The position numbers were made by a program, and so were the translations under genes. Below the pieces are notes generated by a model. It ran no database searches and had not been told where the DNA came from. It saw nothing but the letters and a program-made list of their open reading frames with translations. Shown in pieces: positions 24,600-37,222 of a DNA stretch of 64,000 nt (within the stretch, counting starts at the first letter, position 1; each line of letters starts with the position of its first letter). The DNA is from Squalus acanthias (lineage: Eukaryota). Location: contig CM059432.1 in NCBI GenBank assembly GCA_030390025.1, positions 109,990,001 through 110,054,000 on the forward strand. The letters run 5' to 3'.

Positions 24600-25115
24600 G
24601 TTGCCCGCGAAGGGAGGGATCGTGCACGCGCAGTCCAGCAACATGCACAGTAGCGGGTCGCGCGCGCACTAGATATCGCGCACGCTCCATCTACAGGTAT
24701 CGCGCGCACGCACGTAATGCGGCCTCGTTGCGCGGATAGGTCCCATTTCGCATGCCCAGGCGCCGCTCCCATTGACCGCCTACTTGCGCCTCAGGCCCCT
24801 GGCCTGGCCCGGCCCCCGGGTACCTTGAGCCGCTGCCCCATGCAGGTGTTCCACTCATTCCGCGAGAGCCGCAGTTCATCTGCCTCCTCGTCGAACACAT
24901 CGTCGCTCTGGTTCACGTTCACCCGCCACATTGCGTTGGCCAAACGAAGAGGGAACAGACACAACAGCCGCGCTCCAAGCCCAACCTCGGAATAATCGGC
25001 TGGTGACGGGTGAATACGTCACCAGCACGGCGGCGGCTCCACAGGCACGTGACATGCAGGCCGGCTGCCTATGTGCTCCGTCTGGAAGCGCATGACGTGG
25101 AGCCCTGACATGCGC
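24600..25115. promoter_or_regulatory. CpG island / YAE1 promoter region
   Basis: Dense CpG and CGCG runs around exon 1, CACGTG at about 25046 and TGACGT/ACGTCA motifs upstream of the ATG, against a CpG-poor background. Confidence 0.75.
24824..24931 (-). CDS. YAE1: YAE1 coding exon 1
   Basis: ATG at 24931 gives MWRVNVNQSDDVFDEEADELRLSRNEWNTCMGQRLK, then GT donor. DVFDEEADE...EW...R.K matches recalled YAE1. The spliced product is 221 aa. Confidence 0.92.
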
Positions 25116-25139
25116 TGAGGATTCCCTTGGGAGGGCAGA

Positions 25140-25400
25140 ATAGTGGTAATGTTATTGGACCAGTAATCCCTAGATAGGCCTGGACTAATGGGCCGGGAGA
25201 CGTGAGTTCAAATCCCACCACCATAGCAGCTGGGAAATTTAATTAAGTAAATCTGGAATAAAAAGCTAATATAAGTAATGGTGACCATGAAACTATTGGA
25301 TTGTCATTAAAACCCATCTGGTTCACTTTATGCCCTTTGGGGAAGGAACTCTGCCGTCCTTACCATGACTGGCTATATGTGACAACAGACCCACAGCAAT
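25140..25400 (+). mobile_element. tRNA-derived SINE, 5' part (split by CR1; continues at about 30174-30325)
   Basis: GTGGTAATG..GGAC.AGTAATCC and GAGTTCAAATCCCACC; ends CCCACAGCAAT and resumes as CAATGTGGTTGACTC after the CR1. Confidence 0.65.
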
Positions 25401-28400
25401 AGAAAAATAGGAACAGGAGTAGGCCATTTGGCCCTTTGAGCCTGCTCCGCCATTCAATATGATCATGGCTGATCCTCTATCTCAATACCATATTCCCGCT
25501 CTCTCCCTATACCCCTTGATGCCTTTTGTGTCTAGAAATCTATCTATCTCCTTCTTAAATATATTCAGTAACTTGGCCTCCACAGCCTTCTGTGGTAGAG
25601 AATTTCACAGGTTCACCACCCTCTTGAGTGAAGAAATTTCTCCTCATCTCAGTCGTAAATGTTCTCCCCCGTATCCTGAGACTGTGACCCTTCGTTCTAG
25701 ACCCCCCAGCCAGGGGAAATGTCCTTCCTGCATCCAGTCTGTCTAGTCCTGTCAGAATTTTATATGTTTCAATGAGATCCCCTCTCATTCTTCTAAACTC
25801 TAGTGAATACAGGCCTAGTCGACCCAATCTCTCCTCATAGGACAGTCCTGCCATCCCAGGAATCAGTCTGGTGAACCTTCGCTGCACTCCCTCTATGGCA
25901 AGTATATCCTTTCTTAGGTAAGGAGACCAAAACTGCACACATTCCTCCAGGTGTGGTCTCACCAACGCCCTGTATAACTAGTAAGACATCCTTGCTCCTG
26001 TATTCAAATCCTCTTGCAATGAAGGCCAACATACCATTTGCCTTCCTAACTGCTTGCTGCACCTGCATGTTTGCTTTCAGTGACTGGTGTACAAGGACAC
26101 CCAGGTCCCTCTGTACATCAACATTTCGCAATCTATCACCATTTAAATAATACTCTGCCTTTCTGTTTTTCCTACCGAAGTGGATAACTTCACATTTATC
26201 CACGTTATACTGCATCTGCCATGTATTTGCCCACTCACTCAACTTGTCTGAATCGCTTTGAAGCCTCTTTGCATCCTCCTCACAACTCACTATCCCACCT
26301 AGTTTTGTGTCGTCAGCAAACTTGGAAATAATACATTTGGTACCCTCATCCAAATCATTGATATATATTGTGAATAGCTGGGGCCCAAGCACTGATCCCT
26401 GCGGTACCCCACTAGTCACCGCCTGCCACCCCGAAAAAGACCCATTTATTCCTACTCTCTGTTAACCAAATTTCAATCCATGCCAGTATATTACCCCCAA
26501 TCCCATGTGCTTTAATTTTGCACACTAAATTCTTATGTGGGACTTTATCAAAGGCCTTCTGAAAATCCAAATACACCACATCCACTGGTTCTCCCTTATC
26601 TATTCTACCAGTTACATCCTCAAAAAACTCCAGTAGGTTTGTAAAACATGATTTCCCTTTCATAAATTCATGTTGATTTTGTCTAATCCCGTTGATATTT
26701 TCTAAGTGTCCTGTTATCACATCTTTTATAATAGACTCTAGCATTTTCCCTATTACTGATGTTAGTCTGTAGTTCCCTGTTTTCTCTCCCTCCTTTTTTA
26801 AATAGTGGGATTACATTTGCCATCCTCCAATCTGCAGGAACTGTTCCATAATCTATAGAATTTTGGAAGATGACAACCAATGCATCCATTATTTCCATGG
26901 CTACCTCTCTTAGTACTCTGGGATGCAGATTATCAGGCCCTGGGAATATACCGGCTTTCAGCCCCATTAATTTCTCCAGCACTATTTTTTTACTAATACT
27001 AATTTCCTTTAATTCCTCCTTCTCACTATACCCTTGGTTCCCTAGCATTTCTGGGAAGTTATTTGTGTCCTCTTCCATGAAGACAGAACCAAAGAATTTG
27101 TTTAATTGCTCTGCCATTTCCTAGTTCTCCATTATAAATTCTCCCGTTTCTGATGTAAGGGACCTACATTTGTCTTCACTAATCTTTTTCTTTTTACATA
27201 CTTGTAGAAGCTTTTACAATCCGCTTTTATGTTCCTTGCAAGTTTACTCTCATACTCTATTTTTCCCCTCTTTATCAATCTCTTGGTCCTTTTTTGTTGA
27301 ATTCTAAACTGCTCCCAATCCTCAGGCTTGCTACTTTTTCTGGCAACTTTATATGACTCCTCTTTGGATCTAATACTATTCTTAATTTCTTTTGTTAACC
27401 ATGGTTGGGCTACTTTCCCTTTTGTGCTTTTGTGCCAGAAAGGAATGTATAACTGTTGCAATTCATGCATTCGTTCCTTAAATGTTAGCCATTGCCTATC
27501 CACCGTCATGACTTTTAATGAAGCTCCCCAATCTATCATCGCCAATTCACTCCTCATACCTTCGTAGTTTCCTTTGTTTAGATTTAGGACCCTAGTTTCG
27601 GATTGGACTTCTTCACTTTCCATCTTAATGAAGAATTCTATCATGTTATGGTCACTCTTCCCTAAAGGACCCCGCACAACAAGATTATTAATTAGCCCCT
27701 TCTTATTACACAATACCCAATCTGGGATAGCCTGTTCCTTATTTGGCTCCTCAACATACCTGTCTAAAAAACTCATCTCGTACACACTCCAGGAATTCAT
27801 CCTCCACAGTACTTTTGCTAATTTGATTTGGCCAGTCTATATGTAGATTAAAGTCACCCATGATTACTGTAGTACCCTTGTTACATGCATCTCTAATTTC
27901 CTGTTTGATGCCATCCCCTGCATTACCACTACTGTTTGGAGGCCTATAGACAATTCCCACCAATGTTTTCTGCCCCTTGGTGCTTCTTAGCTCCACCCAG
28001 ACTGATTCTACATCTTTATTTTCTGAGCCAATATCCTTTCTCACTATTGCTCGGATTTCATCATTTACTAACAATGCCACCCCACCTCCTTTTCCTTTTT
28101 GCCTGTCCTTCCTAAATATTGAATATCCTTGGATATTCAGCTCACAGCCTTGGTCACCCTGCAGCCATGTCTCTGTAATCGCAATTGTATCATATCCGTT
28201 TACATCTATTTGCGCTGTTAATTCATCTACCTTATTTCGAATGCTTTGTGCATTCAGATACAGTGCCTTTACATTTGTCTTAACATTTTTAGACATCTTG
28301 ACATTTTTTTGTGCTATGGCCCTATTTGTCTTATTACCATTTTTTCTTACCCGGACCCTATTTGTTAGTGCACTCTTTTGTTTGTACGCTCTGTCCCTTC

Positions 28401-30172
28401 CTGACACAATCTGGTTATCCTTACCCCAATCACTTTCCTGCTCTGCTTCCTTGTCTTTTCTCTTTAGCATTCTTGATTTCTCTCCACCGGGACCTTCCCC
28501 CCCCCCCCCCCCCCACCCCCCCCCCCCCCCCCCCCCCCCCGCCCCCCACCCCCGCCTTATTTAGTTTAAAGCCCTATCTACCTCCCTAGTTATTCGATTC
28601 ACTAGAACTCTGGTCCCAGCATGGTTCAGGTGTAGCCCGTCCCAACAGAACAGCTCTCTCTTTCCCCAGTACTGGTGCCAGTGCCCCACGAATCAAAACC
28701 CACTTCTCCCACACCAATCTTTGAGCCACGCATTCATCTCCCTGATTCTATTGACCCTATGCCAATTTGCTCGTGGCTCCGGTAATAATCCAAGATTATG
28801 ACCTTTGTGGTTCTGCTTTTTAATTTAGTCCCTAGCTGCTCAAACTCTCTCAGCAGAACCTCTTTCTTTGTCCTACCTATGTCGTTGGTACCTATGTGGA
28901 CCACGACAACTGGATTCTCCCCCTCCCACTCCAAGTTCTTCTCCAGCCCGGAGGAGATGTCCTTTACCCTGGCACCGGGTAGGCAACATAGCCTTCGGGA
29001 CTCACGCTCCTGGCTGCAGAGAACAGTGTCTATCCCCCTCGCTTACCAAAACCACCTTCCTTTTTACTCCCCCCACTTGAACGGCTTCCTGTACCATGGT
29101 GCCATATTCAGTTTGCTCGTCCTCCCCGCAGTCCCTGCACTTGTCCACAATGGTTGCAAGAACCTCGAATCTATTGGACAAGTGCAGGGACTGAGGCTCC
29201 TGCAATACTACCTCCTGGATCCCCGTACCTGCCTCACTCGCAGTCACACCCTCCTGTCCCTGACCACGTGTCAATTCTAAAGTATTTAATCTAAGGGGTG
29301 TGGCTGCCTCCTGGAGCAAAAGGTCCAGGTAACTTTCTCCCTCCCTGATGTCTCGCAATGTCTGCAGTTCGGACTCCAGCTCCTCAACTCGGAGCCGAAG
29401 TTCCTCGAGCCGCAGACACTTACTGCAGATGTAGTCACCCTGGACAAAAATGTCCACAAGCTCCCACATATTGCAGCAGCAACACATCTCCCATTATTTT
29501 ATTTATTTAATTAATTAGTTTAGTGCTAATCAAATTATTTACCTCGTTTAGTTTATTAAATTAATTAAATTAAGTTTAGTTTTTAAAATTTAATGATATG
29601 TTATATGTTAACTTAAAACTTAGCCCACAGTCACGACCAATCACTTACCTGCCTTACCTGTGATGTCACACTGCTGTTTTCTCTTGTTGATGCAGGTCTG
29701 CTGCTGCTTTTATCCCCGCTCTCGGGCCTCGGTCTGCTCCTGCTCAGGTCCGCTGCCGCTCTGCAGGAGAAGTTAGGAAAAGCAAGCACCTCCTTCCTCC
29801 ACTTCACCGAATTCCCACACTTACCAAACTCCCAGTTGTTCACTCTGTGCCTGCTGCACTCACAGGCCCCTGTGTTTATAATGTTTGTGACTCAGATGAG
29901 TCAGCACTGCTCTGCTAATGTTTCAGGAACCAGTTTAATGCAGTTAGCTAATTAACCAGCTACAGCAGCTCTCCAGCAGGAGAGCTTGCTTGTTTGTCTC
30001 TGCTTAAGCCTGAAGAAACTTAAAAATTTAAAGTTTAAATTTTACCTTATACAGTTGATCTTACTTAAGAGCTACTAGCAATTAACACTAGATTTTAAAA
30101 GAGATTAACCCTTAAAATGCCCACACTTACCAAACTCCCAGTTGTTCACTCTGTGCTCACTGCACTTAACAC
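25401..30172 (-). mobile_element. Near full-length CR1 LINE (5' UTR, ORF1, ORF2), frameshifted
   Basis: ORF1 has a Cys motif with a coiled coil (CCCCNMWEL..CSKCLRLEELRLRVEELESEL) and esterase VVVVHIGTNDIG. ORF2 has [38 protein letters not shown] and FADDTK, followed by the 3' UTR. Confidence 0.93.
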
Positions 30173-30876
30173 TCAATGTGGTTGACTCGAGCATGCCACT
30201 CAGTTGTAACGAACTGCAGTGGTTTAAGAAGATGGCTCACCACCACCTTCTCAAGGACAATTAGGGATGGGCAATAAATACTGGCTTTGCTAGCGACGCC
30301 CAGATCCCAGGAAGGAATAAAAAGAAATTGCAGGGCGCCGAGCCCTCACTGAGTACTACAACGTGCACCTGTGCTACTTGTGATTAGATGGCATTTCAAA
30401 TTCCTGTTTAAGCTGGGCCTTTTTTGATGGACCAATAAGGGTGACATTGGATTGCCCAGGGTTCCTGTTAAAGATGAGCCTTTTAAAACATACCTGTAGG
30501 GGTGACACTGAGTTTCCCCAGTGTCACCAGACGGGACTAAAAGCTGTTGAGGTAAGTGCCCTAAGCCACCACAAATATGAAACAAATAATAATAACTATA
30601 TACAATACAGCGAACATTACACAAATAATAATTAAAACATAATGCAATTATGAGTGTCAGTTATCGCCTCTATACCCTGCGGTACCCATTGGTCGCGGAA
30701 CCTGTTAAAGATAGAATTGAATCGTTGAAATGTAAATGTAAACTACAAATAACACTGAGTTACAATGCTTCCAGGATGCAATTATTCAGAGTTATTGCCA
30801 AGACCACTGGTTTGCAGTTTTCAGAGAATCACACAATGTGATTCCCAAACCACCAGCAAAAGTCCCAGAATCCTAA

Positions 30877-32230
30877 CGACAACAACAACTTGCATTTATA
30901 TAGCATCTTTAACGTAGTAAAACATCCCAAGGTGCTTCACAGGAGCATTATAAATCAATGCTAGTGATGGTGCGGATATGTGGTCAGATGCTCAGCTCAG
31001 GGTCAAATATGACACAAAGGTTGCGAACAGTCTGGTTCAGCCTCAGACTGTTGCAATGGAGGGGGATGGAGTCGGTGGCTAGGGAATGGAGTTTGTGCTG
31101 GGGACCGAAGACAATGGCTTCGGTTTTCCCAGTATTTAGTTGGAGGAAATTTCTGCTCATCCACTACTAGATGTTGGACAAGCAGCCTGACAATTTAGAG
31201 ACAGTGGAGGGGTCGAGAGAGGTGGTGAGGTAGAGCTGGGTGTCGTTAACCTACATGTGGAAACTGACACTGTGTTTTTGGATGATGTCTCCGAGGGGCA
31301 CCATGTAGATGAGAAATAGGCGGGGGCCAGGGATAGATCCTTGGGGGACACCAGAGGTAATGATGCAAGAGCGAGAAGAGAAGCCATTGCAGGTGATTCT
31401 TTGGCTATGATTAGATAGATAAGAATGGAACCCAGCGAGTGCAGTCCCACCCAGCTGGTTGACAGTAGAGAGGCTTTGGAGGAGATTGGGGTGGTCAGCC
31501 ATGTCAAAGGCTGCAGACAGGTCGAGAAGGACGAAGAGGGATAGTTTACCTTTGTCACAGTCACATAGGATGCCATTTGTGACTTTGATAAGAGGGATTC
31601 AAACTTGGAGTTGCGGGAAAGATGGGCACGGATTTGGGAGGCAACAACATGTTCAAGGACTTTGGAGAGGAAAGGGAGGTTGGAGATGGGGCGTTAGTTT
31701 GCAAGGGTGGAGGGGTCAAGGGTTGGTTTTTGAGGAGAGGGGGTGATGAGGGAGAGGGGGACAGTACCTGAGGAGAGAGAACTGTTAACAATATCAGCTA
31801 ACATGGGAGCCAGGAAAGGAAGTTGGGTGGTCAGCAGTTTAGTGGGAATAGGGTCGAGGGAGCAGGAAGTGGGTCTAGTGGACAAGATGAGCTTGGAGAG
31901 GGCGTGAGAGGACATAGGAGAGAAACAAGAGAAAGATGTGAGTTCAGGGCTAGGGCAGGGGGGAACATGAAAGGAAGTTTGGCCCGGTGGGTAGGGGAAG
32001 GGAGGGAAGTGGCAGAGGCAGCTGCTCGGATGGTCTCAATCTTAGTGACAAAGAAGTCCATGAGCTCCTCGCACTTGTTGTTGGAGGTGAGGGTGGAGGA
32101 GACGGGGAGAGGGGGTTAAGAAGACTGTTTGCAGTAGAGAAAGGAAGCCGGTGGTTATCTTTGCATTCCAGAATGATCCTGGAATAGTGAGCAGTTCTGG
32201 CAGACGGGAGCAGGACCCGATAGTGCTTTA
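30877..32230 (-). mobile_element. L2 LINE fragment with internal deletion
   Basis: GVPQGSIPGP, PTSCSLDPIPTKLL and DFFVTKIETIR; (CAA)n tail at about 30880. Confidence 0.85.
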
Positions 32231-32911
32231 TAATAAAAATGGTGTTTGACATAATCTCAGTAAACCAATGACCTGAGTTATTGGGAATAACAGCCCTATT
32301 GGATATTATAAGGAAGCCTACCATTTTTATGGAAAATATTAATCAAAAGATGGAATGTGATACTCCAAAACATCAGAGAAGAAAGGAATTTTATGTACTG
32401 CAACTGAAATTTGACTTAGTCACTGTAAACCAGTGGCCTTGTTTATTGCCAAAAAGCGGGAGACTTATGCCATGCGTTAACATATAAGATACTTTAAAGA
32501 AAGGCAAAAGACTTATAAGACACCTTTTCGATTCTACCAAATAATTTACCAGTGTTGAAAACTTAATACACAGCACAAACTGTGTTGCAAAAATTTGCAC
32601 AATATTTTAGCAGTGTGAACCAGGCAGAGAGAAAGTTAATAGACACAACACATTCCCAGCCTGTGTTGTGTCTATGAACTTTCTCTCTGCCTGGTACAGT
32701 AGCTCCAATTCCTGCTGATTTGTATGGCTATCCTGATCTCTCAGAATCACTTCCGCTGAATCATAGAATCTTACAGCAAAGAAGGGGGCCATTTGGCCCA
32801 TCAACCCTGCACAGGAAATATTGGATTTTGGAAGTGCCCACTCAAATATGGGTGGACATATTGAATGGATAATTACTAGTCCTAGCCCCTTTAGGGCTAC
32901 CCCGGATCAGG

Positions 32912-35408
32912 CATAGAAACATAGAAACATAGAAGATAGGAGCAGGAGTAGCCAATTCGGCCCCTCGAGCCTGTTCCGCCATTTAATGAGATCATGGCTG
33001 ATCATCCAAATTCAGTACCCTGTCCCTGCTTTCTCCCCATATCCCTTGATCCCTTTAGCCTTAAGAAATATATCTAACTCCTTCTTGAATATATTTAATG
33101 AATTGGCCTCAACGGCCTTGTGTGGTAGAGAATTCCACAGGTTCATCTCTGGGTGAAGAAATTCCTCCTCATCTCAGTCCTAAATGGCTTACCCCTTATC
33201 CTTAGACTGTGATCCCTGGTTCTGGACTCCCCCACCATCGGGAGCATTCTTCCTGCATCTAGTCTGTCTAGTCCTGTTAGAATTTTATAAGTTTCAATGA
33301 GATCCCCTCTCATTCTTCTAAACTCTAGCGAATATAAGCCTAATCGACCCAATCTCTCCTCATACATCATTCCTGCCATCCCAGGTATCAGTCTGGTGAA
33401 TCTTCGCTGCACTCTCTCCATGGCAAGAACATCCTTCCTCAGATAAGGTGACCAAAACTGCACACAATACTCAAGGTGTGGTCTCACCAAGGCCCTGTAC
33501 AACTGCAGCAAGACATCCTTGCTCCTGTACTCAAATCCTCTCGCTATGAAGGCCAACATACCATTTGCCTTCTTAACCGCCTGCTGCACCTGCATGCTTA
33601 CTTTCAGCGACTGGTGCACAAGGACACCCAGGTCTCGTTGCACTTCCCCTTTTCCCAATCTATTGCCGTTCAGATAATAATCTGCCTTCCTGTTTTTGCC
33701 ACCAAAGTGGATAACCTCGCATTTATCCACATTATACTGCATCTGCCATGCATCTGCCCAATCACCCAACCTGTCCAAATCATACTGGAGTTTCTTTGCA
33801 TCCTCCTCACAGCACACACGCCCACCCAGCTTTGTGTCGTCTGCAAACTTGGAGATATTTCATCTAGTTCCCTCGTCTAGATCATTTATATATATTGTGA
33901 ATAGCTGGGGTCCTAGCACCGATCCCTGCGATACCTCACTAGTCACTGCCTGCCACTCGGAAAAAGACCCGTTTATTCCAACTCTTTGCTCCCTGTCTGC
34001 CAACCAGTTCTCTATCCAAGACAGTACCTTACCCCCAATCCCGTGTGCTTTAACTTTGCACGCTAATCTCTTATGCGGGACCTTATCGAAAGCCTTCTGA
34101 AAGTCCAAATACACCACATGCACTATTTTACCAGTTACATCCTCAAAAAATTCCAGTAGATTAGTCAAGCATGATTTCCCTTTTGTAAATCCATGTTGAC
34201 TTTGTCAGATCCTGTCACTGTTTTCCAAGTGCTCTGCTATTACATCTTTTATAATGGACTCTAGCATTTTCCCCACTACTGATGTCAAACTATAAATCCC
34301 CGTTTTCTCTCTGCCACCTTTTTTAAATAGTGGGGTTACATTAGCTATCCTCCAATCCATGGGAACTGTTCCAGAGTCTATAGAATTTTGGAAGATGACC
34401 AGCAATGCATCTACTATTTCTAGGGCCACTTCCTTAAGTACCCTAGGATGTAGATTATCAGGCCCTGGGGATTTATCGGCCTTCAATCCCATCAATTTCC
34501 CTAACACCATTTCCCTACGAATACTGATTTCATTCAATTCCTCCCTCTCATTAGACCCTATATTCCCCGACATCTCTGGGAGGATATTTATGTCCTCCTT
34601 TGTGAAGACAGAACCAAAGTATGTATTAAATTGGTCTGCCATTTCTTTGTTTCCCCATTATAAATTCCCCTGATTCTGACTGCAAGGGACCTACGCTTGA
34701 CTTCACCAATCTTTTTCTCTTCACATATCTATAGAAGCTTTTACAGTCAGTTTTTATGTTCCCTGCAAGCTTACTCTCATACTCTATTTTCCCCCTCTTA
34801 ATTAATCCCTTTGTCCTCCTTTGCTGAATCCTAAACTGCTCCCAATCCTCAGGTTTGCTGCTTTTTCTAGCCAAATTATATGTCCTCTCCTTGGATCTTA
34901 TGCTATCCCTAATTTCCCTTGTTAGCCACGGTTGAGTCAACCTTTTTGTTTTATTTTTATGCCAAACAGGGATGAACAAATTCTGTAGTTCATGCATGCG
35001 ATCTTTAAATGTTTGCCATTGCCTATCCACCGTCAACCCTTTAAGTAACCTTCCCCAATCCATCCTAGCCAACTCGTGCCTCATACCATCATAGTTTTCT
35101 TTATTTATATTCAGGACCCCAGTCTCTGAATCAACTACTTCACTCTCCATTTTAATGAAGAATTCTATCATATTATGATCGCTCCTCCCCAAGGGACTTC
35201 GCACAACAAGATTGCTAATTAATCCTTTCTCATTACATAATACCCAGCCTAAGATGGCCTGATCTCTAGTTGGTTCCTCGACATATTGGTCCAGGAAACC
35301 ATCCCGTATACACTCTAGGAATTCCTCCTCCACAGTATTGTTACTAATTTGGTTAGCCCAATCTATATGTAGATTAAAGTCACCCATGATAACTGCTGTG
35401 CCCTTATT
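32912..35408 (-). mobile_element. 5'-truncated CR1 LINE (ORF2 and 3' UTR)
   Basis: [29 protein letters not shown] and [10 protein letters not shown]; 3' tail (CATAGAAA)n at about 32912-32932. Confidence 0.92.
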
Positions 35409-35415
35409 CCCCAGA

Positions 35416-36632
35416 TGTTCACTTTCAACTAAAGTTTGAGGTAGCCGAATCCTAAAGACGCTTAATTGGATCTAAAGGTCCAGACTATCTCTCCCTAAAG
35501 GAAAGGAACAACCTGAAGATGTTACCGTCCTGCAGATAGCACTTTTAATAAGTTTAGCTTGACTGTAACGTTCCGGATATTATGAGGGTCCGGATAACTC
35601 CCCCAGAATTCTACAACTTCTCACCAAAGAGCATACAGAGATTGAGTTTGTGAGTTTGATACAGAAGTATTATGTGAGATAATTCTAAAAATATATAGAT
35701 TTATTGAAGAACTGACATGTAATTACAGTAGGTATTTCAATCGCAACATTAACAATTCCAAAAACAGAAAGCTTTTACAATTCTTATCAGAGATCCTTAT
35801 TCTCAAATCTTAACTTCGTTACATTTTTACAGTTCTTAGTCTTTATTCCAGGAAATCCACCAAAATCAAATACAGTACAATACCTTTATCCATGAGGTAC
35901 AAAGAGTTGTAGACTTACAGAGCTTGCCTCTGAAGCCGAGAATCACTTTGCCCCTTTACAGCGAGACTATCATCCCATTTGAAAGTTCAATATTTATATC
36001 CTTTTTCAGTGGTATGTCCTTTGAAGTTTTCTGCTGATGTAAGCTAATTATCTCTAGTCATTTTTCTGCTGACCCCTGCTATTCTTACAGTCAGTTCAGC
36101 TGGTAGCATTAAGAATCGTGTCTCTACCTTTAGGTGTTCGAAGCTTATCATAAAAATGGTGTGACAGCAGATGCATCTATTTGATGTCATTCTTACCAAG
36201 GTCTTCTGTTTGTGTCTTTTTACGACGTGTAAATTAAAAACACCTCAACTGGGTGCACCATTGTCTTCTCAGTTACCTCAGCTGTTTGCAACACAGAATC
36301 GTGTCTCCTGTGTTTCATTTGATGTCATTTTTATGAAGGCATATGTTTCTTAATTTTCTGTGTTTCTTTCCAAAGTGTAATTTAGGACACCTTAACAGGG
36401 TGTACCATTGTGTTCTTTCCAAAGCTTCAGACTTCAGGAGCTTCCAACCTCCTGTTTCAATAAGGTTATTGATTCAGTGTCAGTAACTTATCTTATCTCA
36501 ATAGCCTGAATGCTGTTTACAGCTTCTCCATTGTTAGGTTTTTAGATTTTCAAGCCCATTTTGTCATGTTACAACGGCCTGAATTCTTTCACAGAATGGT
36601 GTATTTTTCTGAATATGGCTTTAACCTTCACA
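35416..36632 (-). mobile_element. Putative 3' LTR of the foamy-like ERV (about 1.0-1.2 kb; distal end uncertain)
   Basis: Starts TGTGAAGG immediately after the PPT. TATAAATA at about 35991-35998, AATAAA at about 35842-35847 and 35700-35705, and internal U3-like direct repeats at about 36175-36415. Confidence 0.65.
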
Positions 36633-36646
36633 CTCCCCTCTTTTCC
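36633..36646 (-). promoter_or_regulatory. Polypurine tract
   Basis: Minus strand reads TTTTTT-GGAAAAGAGGGGAG-TG: a U-tract, a 14-purine run, then TG. Confidence 0.75.
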
Positions 36647-37222
36647 AAAAAATGAACTCGAGCATCAAGACAGAGTTTGGTCAATGTTACTAATAAGGTT
36701 ACAATAGCACATTAATTTCACGAGATTCACAAGAGCCTAATCATGTGCTACATGAAAATTCCGTTTAAGTCATCCTAGGACAATGTTTTTCCTTATTTTA
36801 AATTGAACACAATTTAAAAAGATGATTGGTACATTGTCATGTAATTAGTGAAACAACATGTACTTAGAATGTTCAATCGGCAGATGTACGTTCCGTAGAG
36901 GTGAGTTATTCATACGAGTCAAGGAGACGTCATTTGGAACTAGCTGAAGCTTGACACGCTGTTCCTTCGATCCAGTGTGTGGACAGATTCTTGTTTTCGT
37001 AAAGGCCTTGCCAAGCGCTCAGTTGATTCCTTCTTCATCCGCGGTGTTTTCCTCCTTTATTGAAGTAACTCATTGATCTTTCCTTGTTTCGGTTGTGGCT
37101 TTTCGCGAATCTAATTCCTGAGGCGTTGCCAAGCATCGTGTGGAGGAGTCAGCGACACCGTCTGACTGACCGTCGTCAGTAGTTAGACCGCATCCATTTC
37201 TTGTGTCGTGCTCCAAGCTGGG

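Noticed and set aside
24554..24995. ORFs in the CpG island (24554..24772, 24691..24900, 24717..24995)
   Set aside because: GC-rich by-products. The real coding frame is the 108-nt YAE1 exon 1.
27977..28589. Proline-rich plus-strand ORFs
   Set aside because: Antisense to CR1 ORF2; the polyproline comes from a poly-C tract.
35409..35680. Exact right end and TSD of the foamy-like 3' LTR
   Set aside because: Several candidate CA ends exist (about 35416 and about 35673), and there is no 5' LTR in the window to compare, so the boundary cannot be fixed.
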